A DNA stretch of 64,000 nt, from assembly GCF_009914755.1 (NCBI RefSeq), contig NC_060930.1. The stretch is one strand, 5' to 3'. Source of the stretch: the human T2T-CHM13v2.0 reference genome, Homo sapiens. The position numbers and the translations under genes were made by a program. This document shows positions 33,001 to 51,399 of this stretch, one piece after another. The notes beneath the pieces are model-generated. The model was not told the DNA's origin. It ran no database searches and saw only the letters and a program-made list of their open reading frames with translations. How positions within the stretch are numbered: position 1 is the stretch's first letter; every line of letters begins with the position of its first letter.

Positions 33001-36000
33001 GCTGGCTCCCTCATCCTCTCACCAGTTCTCCCCTGGCAGTCTGGGGCAGGGAGCAGGGGCAGAGGGCAGGAGGCAAGAGGCAACCTCTTTCTCCAACTGG
33101 GACCGTCTCTGGGACCCCAAGTCCCCACCCTGCTCCAGTCCCACCATTTCTATCTTCTCGGCTTATCCCGTCCCTGAGCCACTCCTGCTGTCTGTTCTGT
33201 TCAGTCCCTCTCCTGTCACTGCCCCCTTTGCATTCTCCTACCTCAGCAAGTCCCTAGAGAAAGAGCAGGTGAGGCTTGGGCACTGGCAGGGCAAGGGCTT
33301 GGGTGAACACTGGGACATACAAGCCTTGGGGAGGAAGCTGGGGTTGGGGCGGACAAGGAAGGAAAGCCTGAAGGTTAGGAGGAAGGTTTAGGGTTGAAGA
33401 AAGGGCTAGAGACAGGAGGCAAATATAAGGGTGGGTCACCTGAATAGAGGGTGAAGTGGTGGAAAGCAGGGTGGGGGGCTGGTGCCTGGGTGCTGCGGGG
33501 GAGCAGGAACAGAGGCGGGGAGAGGTAGGGGCTGGAGGAAACGGACACGCTGTCTCTGGTCCCAGGCAGAAGACTGACAGCCAGAGGACAGGGGGGACAG
33601 GGAGACAGACACACCCCACATAAGTCTGTTGGGTGTTTCCCTAGCTTCATCTCCCCATGTGCTGCCCTGACAAGGAGCTGAAAAAGAGACTTTGCTACAG
33701 AGGAGAAATATCCCAGCTGAGTGGGAACCCACTACCCCCAGCTTCACAGTGAGGACTGGGTCTCTCTATCCTGCTACAGACCTCACCACTGAGGTGTAAC
33801 TTGGCCAAGTCACGGGTGAAAGGTACGTGAGGGAGCCCATATGTGCTTGATTCTGCCACATGGGTGACGGCCCAGGTGTCTGCACACCAGGTCAGATCCC
33901 CATGGTGGCAGGTGTGTGGTGTTCCTGGGTCAGGGCGTGCCTGCACTGCATGTGGCTGTGGCCAGATGCCCAGTAAGCTCCATGTGGCCGAGGGCAAAGG
34001 CACACATGGGCTTTTGCGTGGGTGTCCCCGTGTGTGTCCGTGTGTCTGGGTGTGTGTGGCTGTTTTTTTCCTGGCTTTGATGGGGAGGATGAAGTCAGCA
34101 TCTTGGACAGAGCCAGGCTCAGCTTCCTTCCTCTGCCTTGGCCTGAAGCCCCCAGAGCCAGCAGTAGGTAGCAGCTTCCCAAGGATCTCCTGGCAGGAGG
34201 TGGGGAGCCCTGCAGTGATAGGAAGAGGGAGGGTCTGGAGACAGTATCACACAGAGGGCAGAACACAGGGTATGAATTTCCTCTGACACCTTCAGATTTC
34301 TGTTCCATGGTCATATCCTTTAGTGTGTGTGTGCACGCGCGTGTGCCTATGCCCTATGTCCTGGCTTTATTATTTAGGAAGAATGGTCAACATAAGTACA
34401 TTTGGCACAGAGAGTGGCCAGGGACCTCAGAGAAGACAGCAAGAAGGATGGTCCTGGGATGTTCTGGAAGCCCACTGTTGGGGTCTCAGAGAGAAATGTG
34501 GGATTCCAGATGTACACAAGCTTATAAGGCATTTGGGGAAGCCACTGGAAGCTTAGCAGATATAGTTTCAGGTTCTGAAATTATCTTTGTTTACCATTTG
34601 ATTCACCCTTTGGTTTCCAGGCTCATGGAGAAGCTCATGTCTTGTATGTTCACATCTTGTAAGAAAAGCACCAAGCCTTGCACAGTGTAGGTGACCAATA
34701 AATGCAAGTCAACACTGAAATGTGAAAGGACTGGGAGAGAGGAGGGGGAAAGGGTAAGGAGCCCAGGCGTGAAGGCAGGGAAGCCCAGTGGTCAGAGCTG
34801 GGGTTGGCTTCACTGAGGTGTCTGGGTGGTGGTGGGTAGAAAGGTCAGTGTTGTCCAGAACTGTCCACAAGCTCCGGCTGTTCTCTGTAACCTCAGTCCC
34901 TGTGTCTTCAGCTCTGAGCCTCCCTCCTTGAATGATCCTCCAAGTTCCTGTCCTGACCTCAGGAGGAAAAGGGATGAAAGATAGAGAAAAGGAAAGGAAA
35001 GATAGGGAGGAGAGAAGGCAGACACATAAGAGTAAGGGCAATTGAGGGCAAGGACCTGAAGGATGAAGACAGGGGAACAAGAGATGCCAGGGGCTGCGGT
35101 CCAAGAAAGCAGTCCCAGAGAGGGGAAAGATAGAAAACACTTGTGCCGGGCTTCCGTTTACAAAACAGTTTCCTACACAGTGCGGGCATTAATCCCACTT
35201 TGTGGCTGAGGAAACGGAGGCTCATAGACATTAAGGGTCTTGTTCAAGGGGCTAAGTCAGTAGTGGTGAAGGTGGGTCTCACCCAGGTGTTCTCATTCCT
35301 AAGCCTGTATTCGCTCTTCTCCCCAAACAACTCCAGGAAAGGAAAGGATTGAAGACTTAGGGAACAAATGAAGTGGCTTCTTTGAAGCACTTGTACAAAG
35401 AAGGGTGGAGAATCCAGATTTTTGAAACTTTTCTGCATCCAGTTATTGTGTAGATTCACTTAGAAGAAATGGCATCAGATGGGGAAGGGGGTGGTCAACA
35501 TTCCATTATTGAGAACTGGGGGTCGGGTGAGGATGGGGAACACAGAATGTAAAGACAGAGCGCAGGATGAAAGATGGGAGAGAACTAAGAGGCTACAGCT
35601 GAAAAGGGGGCAAGGGAGCCTCAGAAGGAAGGGTTTGGACCCTTAAAACTTCCTTTGCCTAGAGACATGGGTGTGGGGAGAAGGGAGGAGGAAGGACATT
35701 TCTATCTCGTGACAAAAGAAAGTCACACAATTGTTTTGTTCTCTGCTCTGAGGCGGGTGGGCGCCTGTATTTACCAGAGGGACCCAGGTCGCTGTGGCAA
35801 CCACACATCTGGGCCCCGGAATCCAGATGTGCTGTATCCAGAAGCCATAGCAGAACGATGAGGCAAACATCAGGCTCCCCAGTGCTGGCCCCCACAGCTG
35901 GGAAGAGGATGGAGAACTGGTGTGGGAAGTAAAGGGAGTGGGGGAAGGAAGGAGGAGGAGAGGACCAAAGTGGGGGAAAAGAGAGGACATAATGGAAAGG

Positions 36001-36162
36001 GGCAAGAAATGTGGACGAGGGAGCAGAATGGGAAATAGAAAGGGGGCGGCATGAGAAAGGGAGGAGACAAGCACAGGGTCAGCAGCAGCAGCAGATGAGA
36101 AGACCAAGAAAAACAAAGGAAAAAGACAGTGAATTTAAAAAAATATATATATTTTTAAATAA

Positions 36163-36300
36163 GGCCAGCACGGTGGCTCATGCCTGTAATCCTAGCACTT
36201 TGGGAGGCCAACATGGGAGGACTGCTTGAGGCCAGGAGTTCAAGACCAGCCTGGGTAACATAGCGAGACCCCACTTCTATTTTTAAATTAAAAAAAAAAT
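36163..36300 (+). mobile_element. Alu left monomer (FLAM-like)
   Basis: Single arm. Confidence 0.85.
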
Positions 36301-37594
36301 TTAAGACAGTGAAGCAGTGGATGGGGTGGGGAAGATACAAAAGAAGAAAAAAACAGTGATGAATAATGGTTCAAAAAGAGGTTGTGATAACTGCTAATGA
36401 GGTAGAGAGCAAAGAAAGGCAGGAAAGAAGTCTAGAAAGAGGAAGGGAGGGATGATGAGGTCAGGGATGAGAGAGAACAAAAGGTGGGATCCTGAGGAAG
36501 AAATGAAGGAGATGGTGGCACAAGGAAAGCAGAACAGAAAGACAAAGTGGGCATAGGGCAGGAGGGGCCAATGAGGTGCAGGAGTGACAGCGACCTGGCA
36601 TGCTGAGTGGCCTTGGGGGTGTGGCCAGAGGAATGGAGATCCACATGGGCCTAGAAGGCAGCAGCCCAGAGCCTGCCCGGCTTTCACCCTGCATCAGGTA
36701 CCCACTCACCGTCCTTCTCAATCCTTCCTGCCACCACAATCCCTCAGCCAAGAGAGGTCTGATGTCTCATCCACACCAAAGTGCCAGCTGTCCCTTGCCA
36801 ATCAGCAGAGGAGCAGGATGTCCCACCCCAGGGTGACCCCTGAGATGCCAGCACTTCAAGTACTTTCCCGAACTGGGGGCAGGAAGGAGGAAGACAATGG
36901 GACAACGAAACAGTAATGAACCCAAATGGGATAAAAGTGGAAGAGAGAAGGACAACAGAGATGGGGACAGAAAGGGGCAAGGGATGAGGAAAAGGTGTAT
37001 CTATTATGGACCAGGCACTGAGGACGTCGTCTTTCATCCTGTCATCAACCCTGATTAGGAGGTAGGAACATCCCATCTTACAGATAAGCAAACTAAGGCT
37101 CAGAATGTTTAAGGACATCTACTAACGAAAGGCAGGGTAGGGAATCCAGCTTAGGTGATGTGCTTCCAAAATCCTTGTTCTCACTGCACCCCCTCCAGAG
37201 ATACGGTGGATAAGGCTCAAGGACTCTGGGATAGAAAGCATAGCTGAGAAGCTGGGCTGCCCTCTGGAGGGAGGAAAGGTCTAGTTCCTGGGATCCCTGG
37301 TTCCAGGTTGCCATAGTTACTTGGTCTGTTTTCACCCCAAACACAGTAATGGGTGAGGGCAGTGGGAGGGGTGTGGGGGTTGCCTGGCTGGACACATGAG
37401 GTTCTTCCTCCCTCCTTCAGGCCTGGGCTTATGGCCCAGGCAGCCCCTGTCCAGTCATCTGGGCATTGAGCCCAGGCCCAGCTCACACCCTCCAGCTGAC
37501 CCAGGACACTCCTGCAGGGTCAGGCCTGAGGCACTGCTGAACAGGAGCAGCTGGAGGGGGATTCTTCCAGGTTGGCCTCAGACTCAATCCCTCA

Positions 37595-38002
<408 letters not shown>

Positions 38003-38478
38003 TTAGAGGATATCCTGCCACATCCCCCTTCCCTTCCAAATATCACCCCTTCTTCACCGAGACCCCCACTTCCTGGGCTCTGAGCCTCTGGCCCCAGCTC
38101 TTGTTGTTTGTTTGAGCTGCTCATCCTGGACAGCAAGAAGAGGGGGAGAACCTGCTCGAGAGCAGGAGACCCAGAGGCTGCTCACCCTGAAGGGCGTGGG
38201 GCCCCATCTTTCCTGTTGACTCACATTCCAGGGATGCGTATCCTCTAGTCTGTCACGCCATGAGACATCGTTGCTAGACACAGATATACCCCAGAGTTGC
38301 AGGGGTGGGGGCAAGGGGATGACATGCGGTCTGTGATCCCGCACCCACCCCACCTCAGAGCCAGCTATGTCTTCAGTGCTTGATTCTTTGATGCTGGCTC
38401 TGGAAAAGCCACTTTCCCCCAAACTCCCCATCACGAGCCAGGAAGGCAGCCACCATTCCTTCAACTCCCTCCAAGTTG

Positions 38479-38484
38479 TTTATT
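38479..38484 (-). terminator. ATF6B polyadenylation signal AATAAA
   Basis: tttatt on the plus strand about 450 nt after the stop, with U-rich upstream sequence. Confidence 0.75.
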
Positions 38485-38930
38485 TAATAATAATAAAAAA
38501 GAAATGCACACACATAAACCTGAACTCCCCCCCACCCCACCCTCCCTTACTCCCAGTAACTAGCTCCAAAATGAAAAAACTTCCCTTGTTCCACCTGGGG
38601 ACTAAATTCCCACCTCCACTGCCATAACACTAGAGAAACAAAATAAAAAATATGCAGCAGCTCACCACCCACCCCACAACTGAACCTCACACAATCCCCT
38701 CAAACAAAGAAGCCAGGACTGGGGGTTCACAGGAATGAGAGGAGCCCTATATTCTGAAAAGGGATGAGAAGAGAGGTGAACACCCCCACCTCAAATAAGT
38801 GCTTAACCCCCACACCTGCTCTTTCCTTTACCAATTGCCCCAAGCCTGGGGATCAGGGAAATTTGAAACAGTCCCACCTGGCCACCTGGTACCCCCTCCC
38901 CCCGTTCTAAGTCAGTGTGAATGGCAGAGG

Positions 38931-39160
38931 TCAGGGATGATTGAGGTAGAGGGGCTGGTGGGAGGCCTGGTGGGCCTGGCTGGCTGCAGAGACTGGCAAG
39001 GGGCCACCTGTGGCATTGCCTGGGGTTGGGGATGGCTGTTTTCGGAGCGAGGGGGGCACTGTGGAGGTCTTGATGTGAATCACCCTGGTGTCCATGACCT
39101 CACACTCGATCTGCATCATCTCCTCATAGTCCCCCGGGGCCCCACGGCCTGACAGGGTCT
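38931..39160 (-). CDS. ATF6B: ATF6B exon 18 coding part to stop (230 nt)
   Basis: [31 protein letters not shown]...[11 protein letters not shown]. Confidence 0.94.
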
Positions 39161-39612
39161 CTGTGAGAAGGGGAGAGTTAAGGAAGAGGAGATGGGGAGG
39201 CAAACAGGGATTGCAGGGAGGAGGGGAGGAGGTCAGAAAAGTAGAGGTGAGCAGAGAGAAAAAGAAAGGGCAATAGTGAGGAGGCAGATCCATAGCGGGA
39301 GTTAAACAGGATGGCAGGGACAGAGTTTGGTGCAGGGGCAAGGAGAGGGTAGGAAAAGAAAAGGGCATTGAGTGTGGGGTCACACAGGAGAGGACATCAA
39401 GAGAAAAAAGTAAGTGAGAGTCTAGCAGGTTCCCGGCCCCCCGCCTCTGCCCAGTCATCTACCCAAGCACCTTCACCAGGGAAGGACCCTCACCCTTGTC
39501 TCCCTCCCAAGTCTCCTGCATGGTGCTCTTCCCTCCACCTACTTCCTGCTGCTTCTCACCTGTGGGTCCAGCAGCTCTCTGGATGCCCTGCTCCTCTCCC
39601 CCTTCCCCCTCA

Positions 39613-39891
<279 letters not shown>

Positions 39892-39895
39892 TCAC

Positions 39896-40007
39896 CCTTC
39901 GGAAAGAGACAACATAAAATGTGTCTTCCCGTCGGTCAATTGCATCCAAGAATGCTGGCTGCGAACGGTCTGGGTGGCGATATAGTTGCAGCTGGCCCAC
40001 AGAATCC
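39896..40007 (-). CDS. ATF6B: ATF6B exon 16 (112 nt)
   Basis: [37 protein letters not shown] (conserved ATF6 luminal block). Confidence 0.94.
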
Positions 40008-40228
40008 CTAGGCAGGTGGGGAAACAGGATTTGAGGGGAACTAAGCCCAATGCTCAGTTTCTACCAGGGAAGCGGGTAGGATGAGAGAAAAAGACAGGAG
40101 ACCCCCAGTGGAGGAGGGAGGTATAATCCCACTGGTGACAGTAATGACAGGCACAGGACAGCTACTGGGGGTACAGCTCTTGAAAGTGGAATTTCACTTA
40201 ATAAGTAAGCACCCCACCCCACACTCAC

Positions 40229-40299
40229 CTTTCTGGGGGTCCAGGGGGTTGGATGGGGACTGCCTTAACTGGAGGTGACTTCTTCCGTGGCTGAGACTT
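40229..40299 (-). CDS. ATF6B: ATF6B exon 15 (71 nt)
   Basis: KSQPRKKSPPVKAVPIQPPGPPER; cttccag / gtgagt. Confidence 0.92.
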
Positions 40300-40514
40300 C
40301 TGGAAGGAGAAGTATCTAAGGACTTGGAGAGGGTGAAGGGAAAAGGGAAAGAGACAAACAGCCCCTGGAAGCTGATGCCACCTCCCACTCAACCCTCCAC
40401 TTCCTTCAAACGATCCCTCAAACTTCCACAGCGAGATGCCCACTAGAAATCCCCAGACAAGGCCTTTAGCCCTTGTCTTCAAGTGGCCTTCCTTGAACCA
40501 GCCACCCGCCCTAC

Positions 40515-40596
40515 CTGTCTCTCCTGGGCCCTCTGAGGGATCTTCCTCCGGCCTCTCTGGTGGCGCTGGACCCAGCCACTCAACTCGTCAGCAAGC
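40515..40596 (-). CDS. ATF6B: ATF6B exon 14 (82 nt)
   Basis: LADELSGWVQRHQRGRRKIPQRAQERQ; tccccag / gtaggg. Confidence 0.92.
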
Positions 40597-40778
40597 CTGG
40601 GGAAATGGAGGAGCTCAGGACCTCCATGCCAGGCCAAGATTCCCACCCTCCTTGCCCACCCACAGGAGTGAGGAGAGGGCAGGGAGCACTGGCGCTTTAG
40701 TACACAGGCCAGCCAGGCTGACTGCAGAAGGCCTTGGGAGGCCGGGGGAGCTGGATGCCCCAGCAATGAATCCCACAC

Positions 40779-40886
40779 CTCAGGGACTCAGTGCGGTTGA
40801 AGTGCCGGCAATCAGAGGAGAGGAAGAGCTGGTCTAGGTCTCTTAGTAGTAGCTCCTTGGCGCCCCCAGGGAAGGCTGTCAGGTTG
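40779..40886 (-). CDS. ATF6B: ATF6B exon 13 (108 nt)
   Basis: NLTAFPGGAKELLLRDLDQLFLSSDCRHFNRTESLR; actccag / gtgtgg. Confidence 0.92.
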
Positions 40887-41050
40887 CTGGAGTGAAGCAG
40901 GAAGGAGACAACACTTGGAGACTGCCCAGCACTCCCACAACAAAGAAGGCGATGACGGCAAGAGAAAGCTTTGGGTCCCCCTCACTGAAAGCGGGGAGAA
41001 GACCAACTCATACCCTCAAACGAGAGGGGGCCCTCTCTCTCTCTCCTCAC

Positions 41051-41230
41051 CTGAAACTGGGCTGGTCTGTGGGGCTGGGCTGGGGCTCCTTAGGGCCCTG
41101 GGAGGACCCCTGGAGAGGTTCAACTCCCTGAACTGGCTCTTGCTCTGAGAACCCCAGCAAGTGTCTCCGGGGTTGAGGCTCCCCCTTGTTCATCCGAGGA
41201 GAGATGGGAGCTGAAGGAGGCTCACTGATG
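41051..41230 (-). CDS. ATF6B: ATF6B exon 12, luminal, site-1 protease motif (180 nt)
   Basis: ...GEPQPRRHLLGFSEQEP...; tccacag / gtgagg. Confidence 0.93.
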
Positions 41231-41502
41231 CTGTGGATAAAGAAGGACTGAGCACAATGAAGAATTTCAGCTGTATCAAGTATCTAGGTAAGAATAAAGA
41301 CTCTGCAGATGGACTGCTTGAGTTGCAATCTGTTATACAAGCCTGAGTCTGCCTCTGTAAGATGGGAATAAGGATGGTCCCTACATACAAAAAAGACAGT
41401 GCATCACCTAGAGCCTAGAACTCAGTAAGCACTTAATAGTCACTATTTCTACCAGCATTATCACCATCATCTACTCTCCACTGGAAAAATAATGGAGCAG
41501 GA

Positions 41503-41906
<404 letters not shown>

Positions 41907-41966
41907 CTAGGAGGCTGTAACGTGGGCTCCACCTGGAAGGTTCTAGTGAAGCAAGGAAGGTCTCAC

Positions 41967-42058
41967 CTGACAGGTCCAAAGTTGAAGGCAATGAAGAGAA
42001 GGAAGACCATGATGCAGACCACCTTCCTGTTTCCAGACCCTAACTTGAGCTCGCTGTT
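41967..42058 (-). CDS. ATF6B: ATF6B exon 11, transmembrane helix (92 nt)
   Basis: NSELKLGSGNRKVVCIMVFLLFIAFNFGPVS, includes the NxxP site-2 protease motif. Confidence 0.94.
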
Positions 42059-42147
42059 CTAAGGTACAAAGAAGGAGACAAGAAAAAGGGGAATCATTCC
42101 AAGGAGGCTGTATTCCTGTTGGTCTCCCAGGGACAGACTGGTCTTAC

Positions 42148-42333
42148 TTCAGCCAGCAGGGCCTCCAGCCGCCGCCGGAGGGCAGCATTCTCTCGGCGGA
42201 GCTGCTGGTTGTCAGCCAGTACTGCTTGCAGCCGAGCCTCCAGTCCCTGCAGATACTCTTTCTTCTTTCTCCGGGACTGGCAGGCTGACTCCCGGTTCTT
42301 GATCATTCGCTGCTGCCGCTTCAGCAGCTTTGC
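42148..42333 (-). CDS. ATF6B: ATF6B exon 10, bZIP domain (186 nt)
   Basis: [62 protein letters not shown]. Confidence 0.96.
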
Positions 42334-43015
42334 CTAGGCACCCGGAAGGTCAAAAAAGAATGACAGATGAGTTGGCAGAAGGAGACTATGCTCTCAAACC
42401 CCAAGGAATGATTTACCCAAAGCTCACATGGCCATTCCCCTGCCTTCCTGACCCACCTACATAGCCAGAGAGGTTTTTCCTCTCTACTCAAACACGCTAG
42501 GGAAGGGGCCCTTCTTTCAAACATTCCCTGCTACTGCTCCTCAGAGGTGGGAAAGGTTAGAGTGTGGGAAGAACTTTCTCCATGCTGGTGGAAACTCTTT
42601 CCTTCGTAACTCTTTCTTCCTGTCAGCCCACATTTGTAGGGTTCAAAGTTTAACCTTGTTATACTGCTTATACAGTTTACCTGATTTTCCCCTAGGAGGC
42701 AGCCTCCCTCCCCAACTATGGCCATGACCGTAGTCGTATAGTACAGTACGACTTCCTTGCCTTTAATTTATGGAGACCAACCCCATTTCTCCATCTGCAG
42801 TGACAGCAAACCTAAAGGACCCTAAAACTACCTGGAGTTGATATTCATATAGAAACAGGAGTCCATTCTGACCCTCAGAATGATCTAATGGGTCCGTTTC
42901 CTCACTTTTTTCTCCTAGGTATCGACTCCCTCCTCATCCCACAGTTCTCTCTATGGCAAGACTTCCCTCTTCCCTTCCCATCACTCGCCCTACTTCTCTC
43001 CTCCCCAACACTTAC

Positions 43016-44105
<1,090 letters not shown>

Positions 44106-44180
44106 TGAGAGAAAAGAACAAGAAATGTCAGGACCAAAGGCCTCTCACTAGGGATTCCAAGTGTCAGGAGACTCCATTAC

Positions 44181-44316
44181 CTGAGGAGCCATCAAGGGAT
44201 GGGCCCATGCTGATCTGGACAGCTCCAAGTGAGGGGGCTGGGACATCCCACAGGAGGCATCCTGAAGGCGACAGGGACTCTGTCTTCACTTCCAGGACCT
44301 CCTCTCCTATAAAAGC
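44181..44316 (-). CDS. ATF6B: ATF6B exon 7 (136 nt)
   Basis: AFIGEEVLEVKTESLSPSGCLLWDVPAPSLGAVQISMGPSLDGSS; cacatag / gtaatg. Confidence 0.9.
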
Positions 44317-44454
44317 CTATGTGGGGCATTCCAGAGATACATTAGTCAGGAAGAGTGTCGAGGAGAAGGAGCTGAAGAAGGGAAAGCTCTCATACCTCTA
44401 GGTCAGGAGGAACTCACTGGAAAACCTGGAGGAAGGAAGGAAGGTGGTGCTCAC

Positions 44455-44540
44455 CTGGCTGGAGGAGTCGGCTGAGAGCAGGGAGGCCTCAGAGTTGACG
44501 GAAGAACATGGAGAGACAGGTTCTATCTTGGTCTGGACAT
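44455..44540 (-). CDS. ATF6B: ATF6B exon 6 (86 nt)
   Basis: [29 protein letters not shown]; cccacag / gtgagc. Confidence 0.92.
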
Positions 44541-44612
44541 CTGTGGGAGGCAGGATGAGGCAAAAGCTGGATATCATGTAAACACTGAAGGGTTAAGAGG
44601 GTTAAGATGGGA

Positions 44613-44907
<295 letters not shown>

Positions 44908-45758
44908 GAGGGTTAAGATGGGGAAATGGGTCCTTTCTCTTTGAACCTGAAAATAAAACTCTTCTGGCCCTAGATTACAGGCCATCCAGGAGGGGCAGTC
45001 ACAGAGCTGCTCACCTGCTGGCTCTCCGCCCCGCTTTTCGCCTAGTGCTTCCCTTTCTCCTTTAGTGGCTCCTCTGATTTTTCTCATCCCTGCTCCATGT
45101 TCCTCAAAGCTGTCTTTGCCCTTCTGCGTTTCCCTCTTTCTTGTTCACAGAACTTGTCTATTCACATAGAATAGGCCTGAGCAGGGGAAGTGGCAGGGGG
45201 GTCTCCAGCATTCACATGGCCCAAATTCCTATCTTGCTGGATTTCCACCTTATCCCTGCCCAATGCATCTCCATGCTGACAACCGCCAAGTGTGCATCTC
45301 CCCCTGGCTGCTCACCTGCACCAGATTCTGACTTCCAAGCTGCCTGCTGGTCCCTTCCATTCTCATGCCTCACCAGTCACCCAAATCTAACTGGCCATAA
45401 ATGAGGCTTCCTGATTGCCCCGTCACACAAGTTTTCCTCCCAGGCACCAAACAGCAAAGCCTCAGTCACCTCTGAGCCTCCATGGCCTCCAATAAATCTG
45501 CCTTTATGACTTGTTGATCACTCCATGAAAGAAAATGCTAGGCCCCATGTCGGTGAAATAAAACCCTTCTGAGGGCCAGATTCAGCCCACAGGTCAACAG
45601 TCCACCACTACCTCTGGTCCATACCGTTCACTTTGGTACTTAATTATATGATCACTAAGATTGCTTTTTAAAACTTCAATTTATATTTTTGAATAGATAA
45701 TACAGTCATGATACAAATCCAAACGAACAAAGGAAAATTAAGTCAAAAAAAAAATCTT

Positions 45759-48969
<3,211 letters not shown>

Positions 48970-49308
48970 TTATAATAAAATGTTGGGTGGAGGGGAATCA
49001 CACAGATACATATGCCCTAAACTGCTCACAAGTTTTTAAAAAGTAAGTTGAATGGCATGACAGAATACTAGGAACAAGAAAAAGAGAGAAAAATAATATC
49101 CATCTCCTCAGCACTGCCCTTGCTGTGGTTCCCTGAAATGTTTCCTCTCCTTCCTGCCTTCCCTCCTGGTTTTCTGCCATTTCCCCTCCCCACCTTTTTC
49201 TCCCTGTCCTGCTGCCTGCACTTCCCCTCCATCTACACACATACACACACACACATAACACATTCTCCCGTAGTAGAGCCAAGGATTGGGGGCAGGCTGT
49301 TTTATTAC

Positions 49309-49444
49309 CTGAGGAATCATCAGAGGTGGGGATAACGTTGATCTGGACGGTTTCAAATGAGGATGTTGGGTCATCTCCCAGGAGACACAGTGGGGGTGCC
49401 AAGGACTCTGTCTTCACATGGAGCACCTCCCCTACCCCAAGAGC
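49309..49444 (-). CDS. ATF6B: ATF6B exon 5 (136 nt)
   Basis: ALGVGEVLHVKTESLAPPLCLLGDDPTSSFETVQINVIPTSDDSS; cacccag / gtaata. Confidence 0.92.
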
Positions 49445-49769
49445 CTGGGTGAGAGTTGGTGTGGGGCAGGGGGCAGAAAGAAGGGCAAAAAACAAGGGAG
49501 ATGTTGACAGTAAGAGCGAGAACAAAAGCTTTAGAAGTTTAGGGCTTACAAGCCATCAATTATTTGACATTCTGGTCTGAATGGTACTGACCATCTTTCT
49601 AACCTGTTCATTCTTTCTACTTTATTTCTGGGAGAATTGATGAAGTCTCATGACTTCAAATATGGCCTCAGAGTGGACAACTTGGGCAAGAACAGTTCCA
49701 GAATTCTCAGCAGTCAATAACTCTCTTCTTCCCAGCCCCACATAACTCTTTATATTAAAAAGACCCAAG

Positions 49770-50090
<321 letters not shown>

Positions 50091-50294
50091 TCTTCACTGC
50101 TAGATAACCAAAGGGGATGTGGAAAATGAAGATATTAAGGAAACGGCAAAGGTAGTGGAGAAGGCCCCCCACACCTCACACACCTCATGACTCATAGCAC
50201 ACAAATCATTTAAATCATTTCTTTGTCACCCACGGGTGAAGGGAATGAAGCAGAGTCCCCGTCACAGAGAGTAAGAGGGATATGGCTCTCTCAC

Positions 50295-50386
50295 CTCGCT
50301 GGATGGCTCTGTGGAGAGACGCGATGACTCGGAGCTGAGGGAGGAGGAAGAGCAGGGGGAAGATGGCTCAGACTTCACCTGAAGAT
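50295..50386 (-). CDS. ATF6B: ATF6B exon 4 (92 nt)
   Basis: DLQVKSEPSSPCSSSSLSSESSRLSTEPSSE; cctccag / gtgaga. Confidence 0.92.
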
Positions 50387-50633
50387 CTGGAGGAAAGGGA
50401 GTTAGAAATTATCAGGAAGCAGAGCTTAAGAAGAGTCCAAAAAGTACCCAAGGACATGTCGGTGGGGATTCCTGTACCGCAGCAAGGGAGAAGAAACAAA
50501 AATAGGGGATTGAAGGAGAGAGGATAGGCACTTATGTAGAAGCGTGAGGATATAGGAAGCTACGTAGTTTCTGGGAAACAGTGGGAAGATGAGGGTTTCT
50601 GGAAATCTGAGGGAACGACAAAGACTACCTTAC

Positions 50634-50712
50634 CTGGGAAGATCGGCAGGAGTTCCCATGGGGGCTCAGAGGGGCTGACATCCATCCCCACGTCCAGGGA
50701 GCTGCCGTCAAA
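50634..50712 (-). CDS. ATF6B: ATF6B exon 3 (79 nt)
   Basis: FDGSSLDVGMDVSPSEPPWELLPIFP; tatttag / gtaagg. Confidence 0.92.
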
Positions 50713-50862
50713 CTAAATAAGGGAGGATACAAGAGGGCAGGAGTGTGAGAAAGGATGAGAAAGTAGGGGTGACTCCAGATGAGTTATGGCCTGTGAATGG
50801 GTCCAGGTTCTGGGCTCACTTTCCACCCACCAAGGGTTAGAGAAAGGCTGGGGACACAATAC

Positions 50863-50942
50863 CGGGACATCCTGCTCCGGGCAACGGAAGAGCTGCGTCT
50901 GCTCCTCGGCCACTTCATCTAGGCCAGAATACAAGGTGCTGT
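50863..50942 (-). CDS. ATF6B: ATF6B exon 2 (80 nt)
   Basis: STLYSGLDEVAEEQTQLFRCPEQDVP; cttgcag / gtattg. Confidence 0.92.
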
Positions 50943-51308
50943 CTGCAAGAAATGCTGAGCGTCGGGGGGTCGTTCGGTGGCCCCAGCCTACAGATCGCAC
51001 ACAAGCCCCCGCCCCATCCCTCATTGGCTCCGCTCGGCCAGACCCACCGCCCGCCCACTTGAAAAGTGATACAACCAGGGCGCTTCAGCCCCTCCTTCCC
51101 CGACCCCGGAACAACTCGACGTTCCAGCAGGGAGCAGAGTTCTTCCCTGACTTTTGTATCCCCCTTAATGCACAACGAGCCCCCTGCTCCGCTCTCCTTC
51201 AGATGGCGGATTCCGTATTTGCCCAGACTTCCTCTTTAGGCCCCCGCTTCTTTCCCGCGTGCCTCAGGGACAGTTTGCCACAGCCCTCTCCCCTCCCCGG
51301 TGCCTCAC

Positions 51309-51399
51309 TCTGCAGACCCCAGTCCTCCGGGCTAAGCAGGTTGTCGGTGAAGAAACGCGTCGGGTCAGCAATCTCGCTGAGCAGCATCAGCTCCGCCAT
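51309..51399 (-). CDS. ATF6B: ATF6B exon 1 coding part (91 nt)
   Basis: AAGATGG start; MAELMLLSEIADPTRFFTDNLLSPEDWGLQ; gtgagg donor. Confidence 0.94.
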
